Below are positions 37,351 through 51,085 of a DNA stretch of 64,000 nt, in pieces (position 1 is the first letter of the stretch; every line of letters starts with the position of its first letter). Below the pieces are notes generated by a model. It had not been told where the DNA came from, searched no databases, and worked only from the letters and a program-made list of their open reading frames with translations. This DNA is from Squalus acanthias (lineage: Eukaryota). Made by a program: the position numbers and the translations under genes. The stretch spans positions 156,614,001 through 156,678,000 of the forward strand of contig CM059431.1 of NCBI GenBank assembly GCA_030390025.1, read 5' to 3'.

Positions 37351-37619
37351 CTGAAACAGAATACAGAAAGTAGCATCCTTTGCAATCAGATACTAGATTA
37401 AGCTTTTACCGCTGGCAAGGTTATTCAGTCACTCCGTTCATGCTCCAGCACCTTTTCACGACAAAGCTGTTCTTCAATAAACCACGCTCCTCATTATTCC
37501 GTTTGTCTTTTCAACCCAACTGCGAGCTGATCAACGCCATCTTCATTCACAATTCGTTTTACTTCCTTACTCTCCTTCGTCCAGATTTCTGCCCACATCA
37601 TCTTATTTACTTTTTGACA

Positions 37620-37752
37620 TGACAGCAAAATACTGCGGATGCTGGAAATCCGAAATAACAACAGAAAACGCTGGAAAAACTCAGCAGGCCAGGCAGCATC
37701 CGTGGAGAGAGAAACAGAGTTAACGTTTCAGGTCGAAGACGTGAAACGTTAC
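37620..37752 (-). mobile_element. Penelope-like terminal fragment (second family)
   Basis: Reverse-complement similarity to 43500-43570; TTTTGACAT on both flanks; absent at the paralogous site ~53770. Confidence 0.7.
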
Positions 37753-37846
37753 ATTTTGACATTCTGTGCTTCACTCCCTCCTTATAAGTCACGCTGTTTT
37801 TGCTTTTCCCTTCTTTCTCCCCGTCGGATTGGATGCTTCCTCTTGA

Positions 37847-40800
37847 CTGTGGGCAATGGGCCTATAAAAGGCTCCAGAGACCAGGTAAGGCGTACCAGTC
37901 TCCGAACTCGGAGGGAAAAATAATCGAAGTGTTTCGTCAACAAAAAACAGGTAAGTGATTGGTTGGTGAGTATTTCTCTCTTTTTAAGCTTAAATTCTGT
38001 GGTGTTAAATTTCTATGGTCTCTGTGGTGTAGTGGGGACAGTTGGTAAATAAAGCGCCCTAGAGTATATCTGTAACTGGGGTATTGAATACATTTTTAAT
38101 TTAATTAAAGGAGTAGTTCATGACAGGTGAGATCAGCCCCGTGTTATACTCCTCTTGCTCCATGTGGGAATTCAGGGACGCTGCCAGTGTCCCTGGGGAC
38201 CACGTGTGCGAGAAATGCATCCAGCTGCAGCTACTTGCAGACCGCATTGCGGCGCTCGAGCTGCGGGTGGATGAGTTTTGGATCATTCGTGATGCTGAGA
38301 GGGTCGTGGATAGCACGTTTAACGAGTTGGTCACGCCGATGGGTAGGGCTGCATAGGCAGAAGGGAAACGGGTAACCATCAGGCGGAGCAGCAGAGGCAG
38401 TCAGGGAGTACAGGGAACCCCTGCGGTCATCCCCCTTTCAAACAGGTATACCGATGTGGATACTGTTGAGGGGGATGACTCACCAGGGGAGAGCGGCAGC
38501 AGCCAACTTCCTGGCACCAGGGTTGCTTCTGCTGCTCAGAAAGGGAGGAAAAATAGTGGGAGAGCAATAGTGGTAGGGGATTCTATCGTAAGTGGAACAG
38601 ATAGGCGTTTCTTTGGCCGTAAAAGTGACTCCAGGATGGTTTGTTGCCTCCCTGGGGCCAGGGTCATGGATGTCACTGAGCGGCTACAAGGCATTCTTAA
38701 GGGGGAGGGGGAGCAGTCAGAGGTCGTGGTTCACATTTGGACCAACGACATAGGTAGGAAGGGGGATGAGGTCCTGCATCAAGAATTTAGGGAGCTAGGC
38801 AGCAGATTAAAGAGCAGGACCTCAAATGTTGTAATCTCTGGATTACTCCCAGTGCCACGTGCTAGTCAGTATAGGAATAGGAGGATAGATCAGATGAATG
38901 CGTGGCTAAAGAGTTGGTGCAGGAGGGAGGGTTTTAGTTTCCTGGATCACTGGGCCTGCTTCTGGGGAAGGTGGGACTTGTACAAGTCGGACGGTTTGCA
39001 CCTGAACCAGAGCGGGACAAATATCCTTGCGGGGAGGTTTGCTAGCACTGTTGGTGGGGGGTTTAAACTAAATTGGCAGGGGGATGGGATTCAGAGTGGA
39101 GCTACAATAGGGGGTGATATACAGTCAAATATAGAGAAAAAAACAAGTCAGCTTGGAAGACAGGGCAAACATGTAAGAGCAAGGCTCGAAGGCATCTATT
39201 TTAATGCAAGGAATCTAGCGAATAAGGTGGATGAACTGAAGGTGTTGATAAACACATGGGAGTATGATATTGTTGCCAACACGGAGACATGGTTGAGGAG
39301 GGGCAAGACTGGCAGCTCAATATTCCGGGGTACAGAATCTTCAGGCGAGACAGAGGGGGAGGTATAAGAGGAGGGGGTGTCGCAATATTAATTAAGGAAT
39401 CAATTACTGCCATAAGGAGGGTTGATATATTAGCAGGTTCCTCCAATGAGGCTATATGGGTGGAGCTTAAAAACAAAAAGGGGGCAAGCGCTTTGCTGGG
39501 AGCGAACTTAAGGCCCCCAAACAGTCAGAGGGAGATAGAGGAACAGATATTTAGGCAAATCTCAGAGAAATGTGCAAATAATAGGGTAATAATAATGGGG
39601 GATATCAACTTCCCCATTATTAACTGGGATAGTCAGAGTGTGAAAGGCTCAGAGGGTTCAAAATTCTTAAAGTGCATCCAGGAGAGCTTTTTGAGCCAGC
39701 ATGTAGAAAGTCCTCCAAGAGAGAGAACGGTACTGGACCTAATTCTAGGGAATGTGGCCGGCCAAGTGGAAGAAGTGCTAGTACGTGAGTACTTTGGTGA
39801 CAGTGACCATAATACGGTGAGATTTAAGGTGGTCATGGAAAAGGAAAGGGATGGGCCGGAAATAAAGTTTCTAAATTGGGGGAAGGCCGATTTTAATAGG
39901 ATAAGGCAGGATCTGGCCAAAAGGGACTGTGATCAGCTGCTTGTAGGAAAATCCGCATCGGAGCAATGGGATTCTTTCAGAAGGGAGATTGAGATCATAC
40001 AATGGCAGCATATTCCCGTAAAGATCAAGGGTGGTTCCAAAAACCGCAGGGAACCTTGGATGTCAGGGGATATACGAGAATGGTGCGGAAAAAAAAGGAG
40101 GGCTTTTGGCAGATACAAACTGCTAAAGACGGAGAAAGCACTAGAGGAGTACAAAAACTGCAGGGGGATACTTAAAAAAGAAATTAGGAGATCAAAGAGG
40201 GGCCATGAAATAACACTGGCAGCAAAATAAAAGAAAATCCTAAGATGTTTTATAAGTATATTAAGGGTAAGAGGATAACTAGGGAAAAAATAGTGCCCAT
40301 TAGGGACAAAAGTGGCAATCTGTGTGTGGAGCCGGAAGATGTAGGTAGGGTTCTAAATGAATATTTTGCATCTGTTTTCACTATGGAGAAGGACGATGCA
40401 GACATAAAATTAGGGTAGGGGGATTGTGATATACTCGAACATTTTAACATCGAGAGGGAGGGGGTATTGGCGGTTTTAGCAGGTGAAAAAATGGATAAAT
40501 CCCCAGGTCCGGAAGAAATTATCCCAGGCTGCTGTGTGAGGCAAAGGAGGAGATTGCGGGGGCTCTAACACATATATTCAGAAATGAGAAGACGCACAAC
40601 ACCAGTTTATAGTCCAACAGATTTATTTGAAATCACAAGCTTTCGGAGCTGCTGCTACTTCGTCGGGTGAACCTCTCTGGCCACAGGGGATGTGCCAGAG
40701 GACTGGAGAACCGCTAATGTAGTACCATTATTCAAGAAAGTGAGTATTGAAAAACCGGGGAACAACAGGCTTATCAGCCTAACATCAGTGGTAGGAAAAT

Positions 40801-42157
40801 TATTGGAAACATTTCTGAGGGACAAAATCAGTCTCCACTTGGAGAGGCAAGGATTAATCAGGGTTAGCCAACATGGCTTTGTCAAGGGAAGATCATGTCT
40901 GACTAATTTGATTGAATTTTTTGAGGGGGTGACTAGGTGTGTGGATGAGGGTAACGAAGTGGATGTGGTATACATGGATTTCAGTAAGGCCTTCGATAAA
41001 GTCCCGCACAGGACACTGGTCAAGAAGGTAAGAGCCCATGGAATCCAGGGTGCCTTAGCACATTGGATACAGAACTGGCTCAGTGGCAGAAGGCAGAGGG
41101 TGATGGTCGAAGGTTGTTTTTGTGACTGGAAGCCTGTGGTCAGTGGGGTACCACAGGGATCGGTGCTGGGTCCCTTGCTGTTTGTGGTCTACATTAACGG
41201 CTTGGATATGAATTTAAATGGTATGATCAGTAAGTTCGCGGATGATATAAAAAATTGGTATTGTGGTAAATAGCGAGGAGGGTAGCCTCAGTCTGCAGGA
41301 CGATATAGATGGGTTGGACAGATGGGCGGAATAGTGGCAAATGGAATTTAATCCGGAAAAGTGCGAGGTGATGCACTTTGGAGGGCCTAACAAGGCAAGG
41401 GAATACACAATGAATGGTAAGACCTAGGCAAGACGGAGGGTCAGAGGGATCTTGGTGTGCAAGTACACAGATCCCTGAAGGTGGCGGAACAGGTGTATAA
41501 GGTGGTAAAAAAGGCATATGGGATACTTGCATTCATTAGCCGAGGCATAGTATATAAGAGCAAGGAGGTTATGACGGAGCTGTATAAAACACTGGTTAGG
41601 CCACATTTGGAATACTGTGTGCAGTTCTGGTCGCTACACTACAGGAAGGATGTGATCGCTTTGGAGAGGGTGCAGAGGAGATACGCCAGAATGTTGCCCG
41701 GGCTGGAGTGCTTCAGCTATCAAGAGAGACTGGGCAGATTGGGTTTGTTTTCCTTGGAGCAGATGAGGCTGAGGGGGGACATGATTGAGGTGTACAAAAT
41801 GATGAGGGGCATAGATAGGATGGATACTAAGGAGCTTTTTCCCATAGTAGATGGGTCTATAACAAGGGGGCATAGATTCAAGGTAAAGCGCGGGAGGTTT
41901 AGAAGGGATTTGAGACAGAACGTTTTCACCCAGAGGGTGGTTGGAGTCTTGGAACTCACTGCCTGAAAGGGTTGTGGAGGCAGGAACTCTCACAATATTC
42001 AAGACGCATTTGGATGAGCACTTGAAATGCCATTGCATACAAGGCTACGGACCAAATGCTGGAATATGGGATTAGATTAGACAGGGCTTGATGGCCGGCG
42101 CGGACACGATGGGCCGAAGGGCCTCTATCCCTGCTGTATAACTCTATGACTCTATGA
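37847..42157 (+). mobile_element. Essentially full-length CR1 LINE (5' UTR, ORF1 zinc finger/coiled coil/SGNH esterase, ORF2 APE-RT), inactivated
   Basis: ORF1 CSSCSMW..CEKC, IVVGDSIV, VVVHIWTND, DGLHLN; ORF2 ETWL, GDINFP, SDHN, DFSKAFD, FADD; (CTCTATGA)n tail; empty site in the paralog at ~53860. Confidence 0.95.
40582..40670 (-). mobile_element. Penelope terminal fragment inserted in CR1 ORF2
   Basis: Close match to 22267-22356, including a degenerate hammerhead. Confidence 0.8.
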
Positions 42158-43269
42158 CCTTCCTCACTTAACCGGGTACCTGCTGTGATTTAACTGAGCT
42201 TAATTTGTCAGCTAATAAAATTAATCTCGTCTCTTTATTGACAGGAATGTTGCATGGGCCGTCTACTGGGGTGGCCGAATCAATAACCACCGCCTGACAA
42301 ATTTCTACGCATTAGTTCCCCTTAGCGCCAAGATCAAGCAGGTGGCTAAAAATGAAAGACAAACCATTTAACCTCTAAATGAATGACCAAGAGGGTTAGC
42401 AAGTTGGATTGTGAATTTATCCCGCGCAACATGAGCCGATATCCACTCGAAATTTCTTCCCACATTTCCGCTAGTCTCTTGCTCAAACGGAAATTGGATT
42501 TGGTCATGTGCCCCCTTGACCGTGGCATTCTAATAGCGAGTGAACTGTGCCAGTACACTCGTGGAGTAATTTTAGCTTTTCCCGATCGTGTAAGACGGGC
42601 GATAATTGCTCGGAGATAAACCTCTGGATATCGAAAATCGTCCGTTTTACACTAGTTCCAAAAACTAAAGTTAACCCCAACAGTTACAGAAGGATTCATC
42701 CCGTTATGAGAATTCACATGGGATGTTGAAAACGTGTCATAGACTTCGCCAGGTGGCAATATGTAGCTTGATAGAATTTGAAAGCTATCATAATACTGTA
42801 GCATTCACGGACAGTCTTGTTTATCCCTCAGCCTCGGTTTCCGGGTTCGCTAACACAGTTTTTTTTCTGGCAGAGTCGGAACAAATAAAGCAAAATGATG
42901 GATATGCAGAAATAGCAGGGATGTGGGACTACTTGTCTAGCTCTTCTTTTCTGCCGGCAGAGAAACGATGGGTCGAATGGCCTTCTTCGATGTTAAGATT
43001 CTGTACAGCGATTTACCTCCATTTTTTAACAGCAGTAGGCGATTCAGAATCTCGAGCACGTTCTGACGTTCAATGAGATCTTTGCTTATCTGTATATTAA
43101 CTCAAGAAAATCGCCTTTGTTCTGTATCGATTAATAGCCTTTGCTAGCAAAACTCTATCGAACTCACGTTTAATATTATGTGGTCTCTATTTGCAACAAC
43201 AAACTTCTGATTGTACCATTGGAGAACAAGATCTTATTTTTCCATTTTTTTTCTGTCTCTCACATGGCA

Positions 43270-44440
43270 GTTTTAGATCATTCTGCCATTGCCTTTTACA
43301 CTTGATCTCGAGTCATCTTTTTTTCTTAACTTGTCCGATTACCATTTGCTTTTGCCTTGCACCATCATCCCTTTTGTCTCTTAATCTCTCCTGCCTTCCA
43401 TCCTATCACAGAACTTCCCTTCTGTTCTATCCTCACCTCCCCCCTTTCCCTGCTCCTACATTTGCTTAAAAAGCTGTTCCCTCTCCAGCCTTTTCCAGTT
43501 CGGACGAAGGGTCATCGACCTGAAAATTTAACTCTGTGTTTCTACTCCACAGATGCTGCGTGACCTGCTGTGTATAGGTTGCTGTGGGAGTCAGTGGGCT
43601 TGTAGTGAATGTTTATCAAAAGCCTATCCCCAGAAATGGGGACGGAGAAGTCAAGGAAGGGAAGGGAAGATTCGGAGATGGACCATGTGAAGGTGAGGGA
43701 AGGGCGGAAATTGGAAGTAAAGTGAATGAAATTATCTAGTTCAGGTCGAGAGCAGGAAACGGCACTGATACAGTCATCGATGGACCAGAAAAAGAGGTGA
43801 GGGAGGGGACCTGAGCAGGACTGGAACAAAGAATGTTCCACATATCCCATAAACAGGCAGGCATAGCTAGGGCTCATGCGGATTCCCATAGCAACACCTT
43901 TAATTTGGAGGAAGTGACTGGAGTCAAAGGAGAAGTTGTTTAAAGTGAGAACAAGTTCAGCCAGGCGGAGGAGGGTGGTGGTCGATGGGGACTGGTTGGG
44001 CCTCTGTTCAAGGAAGAAACGGAGCGCACTCAGGCAGTCCTGGTGGGGGATGGATGTGTAGAGGGATTGGACGTCCATTGTGAAAAGGAGACGGTTGGGG
44101 CCAGGAAACTGGAAACTGTTAAATTGACGGAGGGCGGCGGAAGAGTCGCGAATGTAGGTGGGAAAAGACTGGACAAGGGGAGAAAAAATAGAGTCGAGAT
44201 AGGAAGAGACAAGTTCCGTGGGGCAAGAACAGGCTGAAACGATGGGTCTACCAGGGCAGTCCTACTTGTGGATCTTGGGAAGGAGGTAGAAGCGGGCTGT
44301 GCGAGGTTGGGGGTCTATGAGGTTCCAGCCTTTTCCAGTTCGGATGAAGGGTCATCGACCTGAAAATTTAACTCAGTGTTTCTATTCCACAGATACTGCC
44401 TAGCCTGCTGTGTATATCCAGCTTTTTTTGTTTTTTATCT
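43270..44440. mobile_element. Penelope-like element: minus-strand RT fragment between plus-strand direct repeats
   Basis: RT motifs MDVQSLYTSIPH, QIKGVAMG, IDD, LPFLD, HYKPTD (43577-44323); ~93-bp direct repeats at ~43484-43576 and ~44324-44416. Confidence 0.88.
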
Positions 44441-44499
44441 CTGGATTACTAGTCGAGCAACTTAAAAACTATGCTACCGTTCCCATGGAGATGTGTAGG

Positions 44500-44800
44500 G
44501 AGATTAGAGTTGTATCGGGATCCTGTCAAATTTGAATGGTGATAGAATTTATTGGGATCATGCCAGATTAGTCTCGGAGAGTTAGTGTAACAACTTTCAG
44601 TCAGATGAGCACAGTGAATCAGAGCCTAACTGGATACCTCCATATATGTACGTGGATTCACAGTTTATCAGCAACCTGTCAGCATGGGGTTTCACAGTGT
44701 ATCAGCATACTGCATGTTCAGCATGGACCTTCGAAGTTTGTCGGGTACCGGCCAGGTGTGTATGCTGTTTCACGGTGTAACGGGATGCTCCAGCTGGTCA
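44500..44800. repeat. Degenerate copy of the 39-bp minisatellite
   Basis: GTATCGGGATCCTG, GGGGTTTCACAGTGTATCAG, GCCAGGTGTGTATG units. Confidence 0.6.
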
Positions 44801-44845
44801 CACAAACGTATCTTTATATTTAGACATATACTTGAAGATAAATGC

Positions 44846-44879
<34 letters not shown>

Positions 44880-44885
44880 ATATAT
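44846..44885. repeat. (TA)n microsatellite
   Basis: Directly visible. Confidence 0.95.
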
Positions 44886-45109
44886 GCATTATCAAAGTAA
44901 GAAGTTGCCATATTTGGGAGTGCAGTGGAGCTGTATTACACCCACAAAAAGCAGGAATGTGCATGTTGGATTCTCCGCTTCAAAAAGGTAAACACATTAT
45001 CGGACAAGAGCAGAACACAAATCGCACAAACGTCAACCCTACCGCTATTGTGTTATGTTGAAATCGATGAAAGGGCTCATCAGACCGAGCGCTTAATGGA
45101 CAGCAGAGA

Positions 45110-47220
45110 ATCCTAGAACAGTTACAGCAAAGAAGGAGAACATTTGTCCCTTCGACCATGTGCCGGATCTCCGGAAGTGCACTTCAGCTAGTCCCACTCC
45201 CCAGCCGTTTCCCCGTAGCTCTGCATATTTTATATTACTTCAGGTACTTACCCAATTCCCTTTTGACATCCACGCTTGAGTCTGCCTCCAACATCCTTTC
45301 ATGTAGCGCATTAGAGATTCTAACCACTTGTTGCATAAAAAAAGATTTTCCTCATGTCGCCCTTGGTACTTCTGCCCATAACCTTAAATCTGTGATCTCT
45401 GGTTCGCGACACTTCCGCCAATGGGAACACTTTCTCTCTCTCTCTCTCTCTATTCTGTCCAGACCTCTCATGATTTTGAACACTTGTATCAAATCTCCTC
45501 TAAACCTTCTCTACTCTAAGGAGAACAGAACCAGCTTCTCCAGTCAACCCACATAACCAAAGTCCCTCATCTCTGGAAACATTCTTGTAAATTTTTTCTG
45601 CACTCTCTCTAAGGCCTTCACATTCTTCCTAAAATGCGGTGTCCAGAATTGGACACAATTTTGCAGTTGTGGTCGAGGCAGTGTTTATTAAAGGTTCATT
45701 ATAACTTCCTTGCTTTTGTTCTCTACCCCTCTATTTATGAAGCACAGTCTCCCGTAACCGTTTTAGCCATTTTCTCAACCAGCCCTGATACCTTCAACGA
45801 TTTGTGTACATATACCCCCAGGTAACTCTCATCATGTAGCCCGTTTAGAATTGTGCCCTTTATTTTATATTACCTCTCCTCGTTCTTCCTACCAAAATGT
45901 ATCATTTCGCACATTAATGCGTAAAATTTCTTCTGCCACGTGTCCGCCCATTCCAACAGCCTTTCTATGTCCTCTTGAAGTCTTTCACTACTTCTCTCAC
46001 TGTTCAGTATACTTCCAAGTATTGTGTGATCTGCAAATGCTGAAATTGTGCCAGGTACATCCACGTCCAAATCATAACTCTATGTCAATAAAAGCAGTGG
46101 TCCTAGTACCGACCCAAGGGGAACACCTTCCCCCAGTCCGAAAAACAACCGTTCCCCAATACCATCTGTTTCCTGTCACTTAGCCAATTTCGTATCAAAC
46201 CTGCCACTGTCCCTTTCATTACATGGGTTTCAACTTTGCTGTCTAGCCTATTAAGTGGCACTTTATCAAACGTCTTCCGAAAGTCCATTTACGCCACGTC
46301 AACCGCATTGCACTCTCCAGCAACCCCTACCCTCTCTGTTACCGCATCATTTTTTTTAAGTTAGTAAAACACGAGTTGCCTTTGACAAATCCCTGCTGAC
46401 TTTCTATAATCAATCCAAACTTGTCCAAGTGACAGTTAATTTTTCCCATTTTTCGTTTCTAAAATCTTCCCCATAACCGAGGTTAAACTGAATATTCTGT
46501 ATTTGCTGGGTTTATCCTTACACACTATTTTGAACAAGGGTGTAACATTTGCAATGTACCTGTCCTCTGGCAACACCCCCGTATATAAGGATCATTGGAA
46601 GATTATGGCTAGTATCTCCACAATTTTCACCCTTACTTCCGTCAGAATCCTAAAACGTATCCCATTCGATCAGCCAGCCTTTCTAGTACCTCCCCTTTAT
46701 CAATTTTTATCCCATCTATTATTGCAACTACCTCCTATTTCACTATGACGTTGACAGCATCTTCTTCCTTGGTAAAGTCAGATGCAAAGTATTCATTTAG
46801 TAAATCAGCCATGCTCTCTGTCTGCATGTGTAGGTCTCTACCACAGAAGGCAGTTGATGCCAATTCATTAAATATACTCAAGAAGGAGTTAGATATATTT
46901 CTTCACGCTAAAGGGGTCACGTGATATGGGTAGAAAGCAGGGACAGGGTACTGAATTTGAATGATCAGCCATGATCTCATTAAATGGCGCAGTAGTCTCG
47001 AGCGGCCGAATGGTCTACTCCTGCTCCTATCTTCTATGTTTCTGTTTCGATGTCTGATTTTTGGTCCCTAGTCGGCCCCACCCCTTCTCTTAATACCTGT
47101 TTATTATTTATATGCGTATAGAAGACTTTTGGATTCCCTTTTATGTTAGCTGCCTGTCTATTCTCAGCCTCTCTCTTAGCCCCTCTTATATTATTTTTAT
47201 TTCCCCTCTTAAATTTCTAT
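45110..47220 (-). mobile_element. Old CR1 (RT to 3' end), with a short plus-strand CR1 3' end nested at ~46830-47050
   Basis: MDFRKTFDKVP and ISAFADHT remnants; paralogous to 23890-25515 and 50111-51085. Confidence 0.8.
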
Positions 47221-47500
47221 GTTCAGTAGCGTTACCGCCCGTTTTTGGCGAAGATATACTAAATGCGGTATTGCATCGATCGCCTATTGTACACTTCGCC
47301 CGAATAAACTTGAATAGTACTGAATACCGGGCGTGCTTTGAAAGGTCGGCAAATGCGAATCCACCTGTTTTGTTTACCCACCCATGTAGAATTTCAAACC
47401 TCACAGACTAAATTAAATAAGGTCCTCGCCATAAATAATGCACTTTGTTACTCTGACCGTAAACACGATCTTTTGCAAGTTAGATTTGGACACCACATAC

Positions 47501-47693
47501 CTTTCAGGTCATATTGCACCTCTGTACCACTGTTCTGTATCTCGGACAATGTCGGTTTCAGCTTGTGTTTTTTATCCTGCAGAAATATGTTCCACATTGG
47601 TCTTACTGTCCGAGTTCCTTTCTCTACCACGTTATTGACAATCTGCCGTGAAGCATCGCTTCTGTGCTGTCTTTCAGCAAGGGTTCTGATTCT
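47501..47693 (-). pseudogene. Paralogous death-fold exon (RIRTLAERQHRSDASRQIVNNVVEKGTRTVRPMWNIFLQDKKHKLKPTLSEIQNSGTEVQYDLK)
   Basis: Homologous to 30219-30417; open frame with an in-frame 6-bp deletion and intact splice sites; its partner 161-bp exon is missing. Confidence 0.85.
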
Positions 47694-50110
47694 CTAAAAA
47701 AATGCAATCATATTGAGCCAAGTAACACAATGATCAGAGAAGAGACGTCTTTTCACTTTCTCCCTCTCTTTATGAGATGAATGAACAGAAAATCTCACAA
47801 TCGGGTAAGCAGAAGATTCTTCAAAGTCGTAAGAATTAAGGAGTTTTTAAAGGAGAGGATTAGCGAAGGAATTTCAGAGTTTAGGGCCGAGGCACCTGAA
47901 GGATCTGTTGCCAATGGAGAGGCGAAGAAAATCGGGCATGAGCCAATGCCCAGAATTGGATGAGCACAGAGATCACGGAGAGTTGCAGAGACAGAGAGGA
48001 GCATGGTTGAGCCATCCAGTAAAACTCTCAATTCTCAGCTAATAAATGGAACAGGATAAATTGCTGAATAAAAGGGGGAACGTTAAGTTTGCAGGAATAG
48101 GATTACACCAAAATCAAGTTTTTTTGTTTGTTAGTAACAGTAATAATTTGAAAAGCTCACAAAGTGGTTTCAGAAACTCAAATTGCAGAAATTGAAAAAC
48201 AGAAAAAATGTGTTTGATTTTTGTTTTGTCTAGTAGCACGAAAGGGGCTGATAGCGAATCGGTGGCCCCCTTTACGCCGCGTCCGATTTTCATTCTATTT
48301 ACTTCAATGAGCCTTTCATTCATTCCAAGTATCACCTTCATTCATCGAAATATTAGCTAAAGCTTATCAGTCGCTTCTTTATGTTCTATATGAACCATGT
48401 AGTTTGTATCTCTAACAGCTTTGTCCTTTTATTAACTCTTTTTTGAGGATTTTTGAAATATGATAATTGTCTCTAATTCTGACACCTGCCACTCATTCGT
48501 TTCATACATTTTGACCGTTTACGCTTCTATTTTATAATCTCCATGTTTCCTTGATTTGTTACACATAATCAGACTTAATATCCTATATTTATTGTAAAAT
48601 CTCATTTTCTATGCAGGTCCAAGCAATTCTCGTTTGTGCTGCACCTCTTTTATTCTCGTGTAATGTGTGTATCTTCTATGGCAATCTTCTCCTATCTGGC
48701 AGATTCTCATTGCTTCTCCGTGGCCTTTTCTGATCATTAACGTACCCCTATTTCTGGGCTAGTATTTTAGTTTCGTTAAAATTAGTTTTATTTCTGTTAA
48801 ATATGTATTGCTTTGATTGTCACGTTACCTACTACAGTTCATATGAATCCTAATGATATCTAATTTTCATGGATGTTCCTCTACCCTTAGATCAACTACT
48901 ACTCCCTCCCCGTTTCTAGAAATTAATCCAATACTCATTCGTTACTTGTTTTCCTAAAGCCATATAAATATAAACAGCGTACCGGACAGGCTGCAAATAC
49001 CATGCCTTTTCTGCCACACTTATGTCACTTCTATCCTTTGGATATTTGAAGTCACCAGTCACTCTGTTACTGTTATTGCTGGACTTGATCCATTTTTCTC
49101 TATTTCTCTTCTTCTATCCATTTCCCACTATTCGATGCACGATAATAGCTCCTTTATTAACCTGTAACCCCAAACGTTTAGGTTAATTTTGCGAAACATT
49201 CCTTATATCAGTCTTGTGATCCTGTGCTGCAATTGAATCATTTAACAATACCTTCTCCCTATGTTCTTTAAAACTTGATTTCCCATTAATGTTTAGTAAC
49301 ATGACACTTTAGTTCCGAATCCTGTCTTTACCTGAGCCAGATAAGCTATTAATGTCTGTACAAAAGAATCGATACACTAGAAAACACCGCGAAGGAGAGA
49401 TGTGTAACAGAGTGCATGCTGAGAAGACTGTAGGGATAAGATGGGTCGAGCTGTACATTTATTGGAAGATGAGCAGGATCTTTTCACACATGATCAATGT
49501 GGGATAAGAAGTGAATGTAATTCAGTGACGAAGTCGTTTACGGACCTGTGGTTAATTTGAATTTAAGCAATAGAGCTGTAGACAAGCTGGAGATTATAAC
49601 TTGCTAGGCCCAAAGCTCGTGTGAGGAATCGAGTCTAAAGCTCCCAAAAGCATGGATAACGTAAAAGCAAATATTCATATGGAAGTGCATGTCCAGAAAA
49701 TAACCTATAATTGTTCCTGACAGTGCAGTGAGACTCCAAGGTAGATTTAAAGCCTTGGAATCAGCAGATGCTGTTGAGCAATTAGACATAGTCGTGACTT
49801 TCACATGTTTGCCTGAAGAGCTAATAAACAATTAAAAGAGATTAATAGTATGAAACACTAAATGCAATTTCATTCGTGCTTCCATTTTTCCTTCTTTATT
49901 AAAGGAATACTAAATTGTGAAACAGGAACTGAGAAATGGAAATATTGTGAAGCCAACAGGCAGTCACGCTAAACTTTACGAATATCAATTAAATGAGTAC
50001 TGGAAACAAAACTGTGGGAAAATAGTTTTCATTATCAATAGAAAATAATCACACAAAGACAAATACTTTAGCTTAGACATGACTGTATATAGTACAGCTC
50101 CACAATTAAA

Positions 50111-51085
50111 TCTCCTCTCAACCTTCTCTGCTCTAAACAGAACACAACCAGCTTCTCCAGTCAATCTACTTAACCAAAGTCCCTCATCCCTGGAACCATT
50201 CTTGTAAATCTTTGCTGCACCCTCTCTAAGGACTTCACATTCTTCCTAAAGTGCGGTGCCCAGAATTGGGCACAATACTCCTGTTGAGGTCCAGGCAGTG
50301 TTTAATAAAGGTTCATTGTAACTTCTTTGCTTTTATACTCTATTCTTCTATTTATGAAGCACAGACTCCCGTAAGCATTTTAAAAACTTTCTCAACCAGC
50401 CCTGATAACTTCAAAGATTTGTGTACATATACCCCCAGATCCCTCTGATCATGCAGCCCGTTTAGAAATGTACCCTTTAGTTAATATTGCCTCTCCTCGT
50501 TCTTCCTACCAAGATATATAATTTCGCACGTATCTGCGTTAAATTTCTTCTGCCACGTGTCCTCTTGAAGTCTGTCACTTTTCTTCTCACTGTTCACTAT
50601 ACTTCCAAGTATGGTGTGAGCTGCAAATTTTGAAATTGTGCCCGGTACAGCGAAGTCCAAAACATTGCTGTATATCCAGAAAAGCAGTGGTCCTAGTACC
50701 GAACGCAGGGGAACACCTTCCTCCTCTCCGAAAGACAACCATTCCCCAATACTATCTGTTTATTGTCACTTAGCCAATTTCGTATCGATGCTACCACTGT
50801 CCCTTTTACCCCATGTGTTTCAACTTTGCTGTCAAGCCTATTAAGTGGCACTTTATCAAACGTCTTTTGGAAGTCCATTTACACCACGTCAACCACATCG
50901 CCCTTACGACATCCTCCCCACCGCACCCTCTCTGTTACCGCATCAAACAAATCAATCAAGTTAGTTAAACACGAGATGCCTTTGAAAAATCCGTGCTGAC
51001 TTTCTTTAATAAATCCACACTTGTCCAAGTAACTGCTAATTTTTCACCGTTTTATCGTTTCTGCATAAGTCCCCATTACCGATGT
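50111..51085 (-). mobile_element. CR1 fragment, apparent duplicate of ~45495-46485
   Basis: Shares idiosyncratic variants (MDF.KTFDKVPLNRLDSKVETH) with the 45-46 kb copy. Confidence 0.8.

Noticed and set aside
42346..43076. Small ORFs partly shared with 54109-54686
   Set aside because: Similarity reflects the segmental duplication of probable old transposon sequence; frames and stops are not conserved
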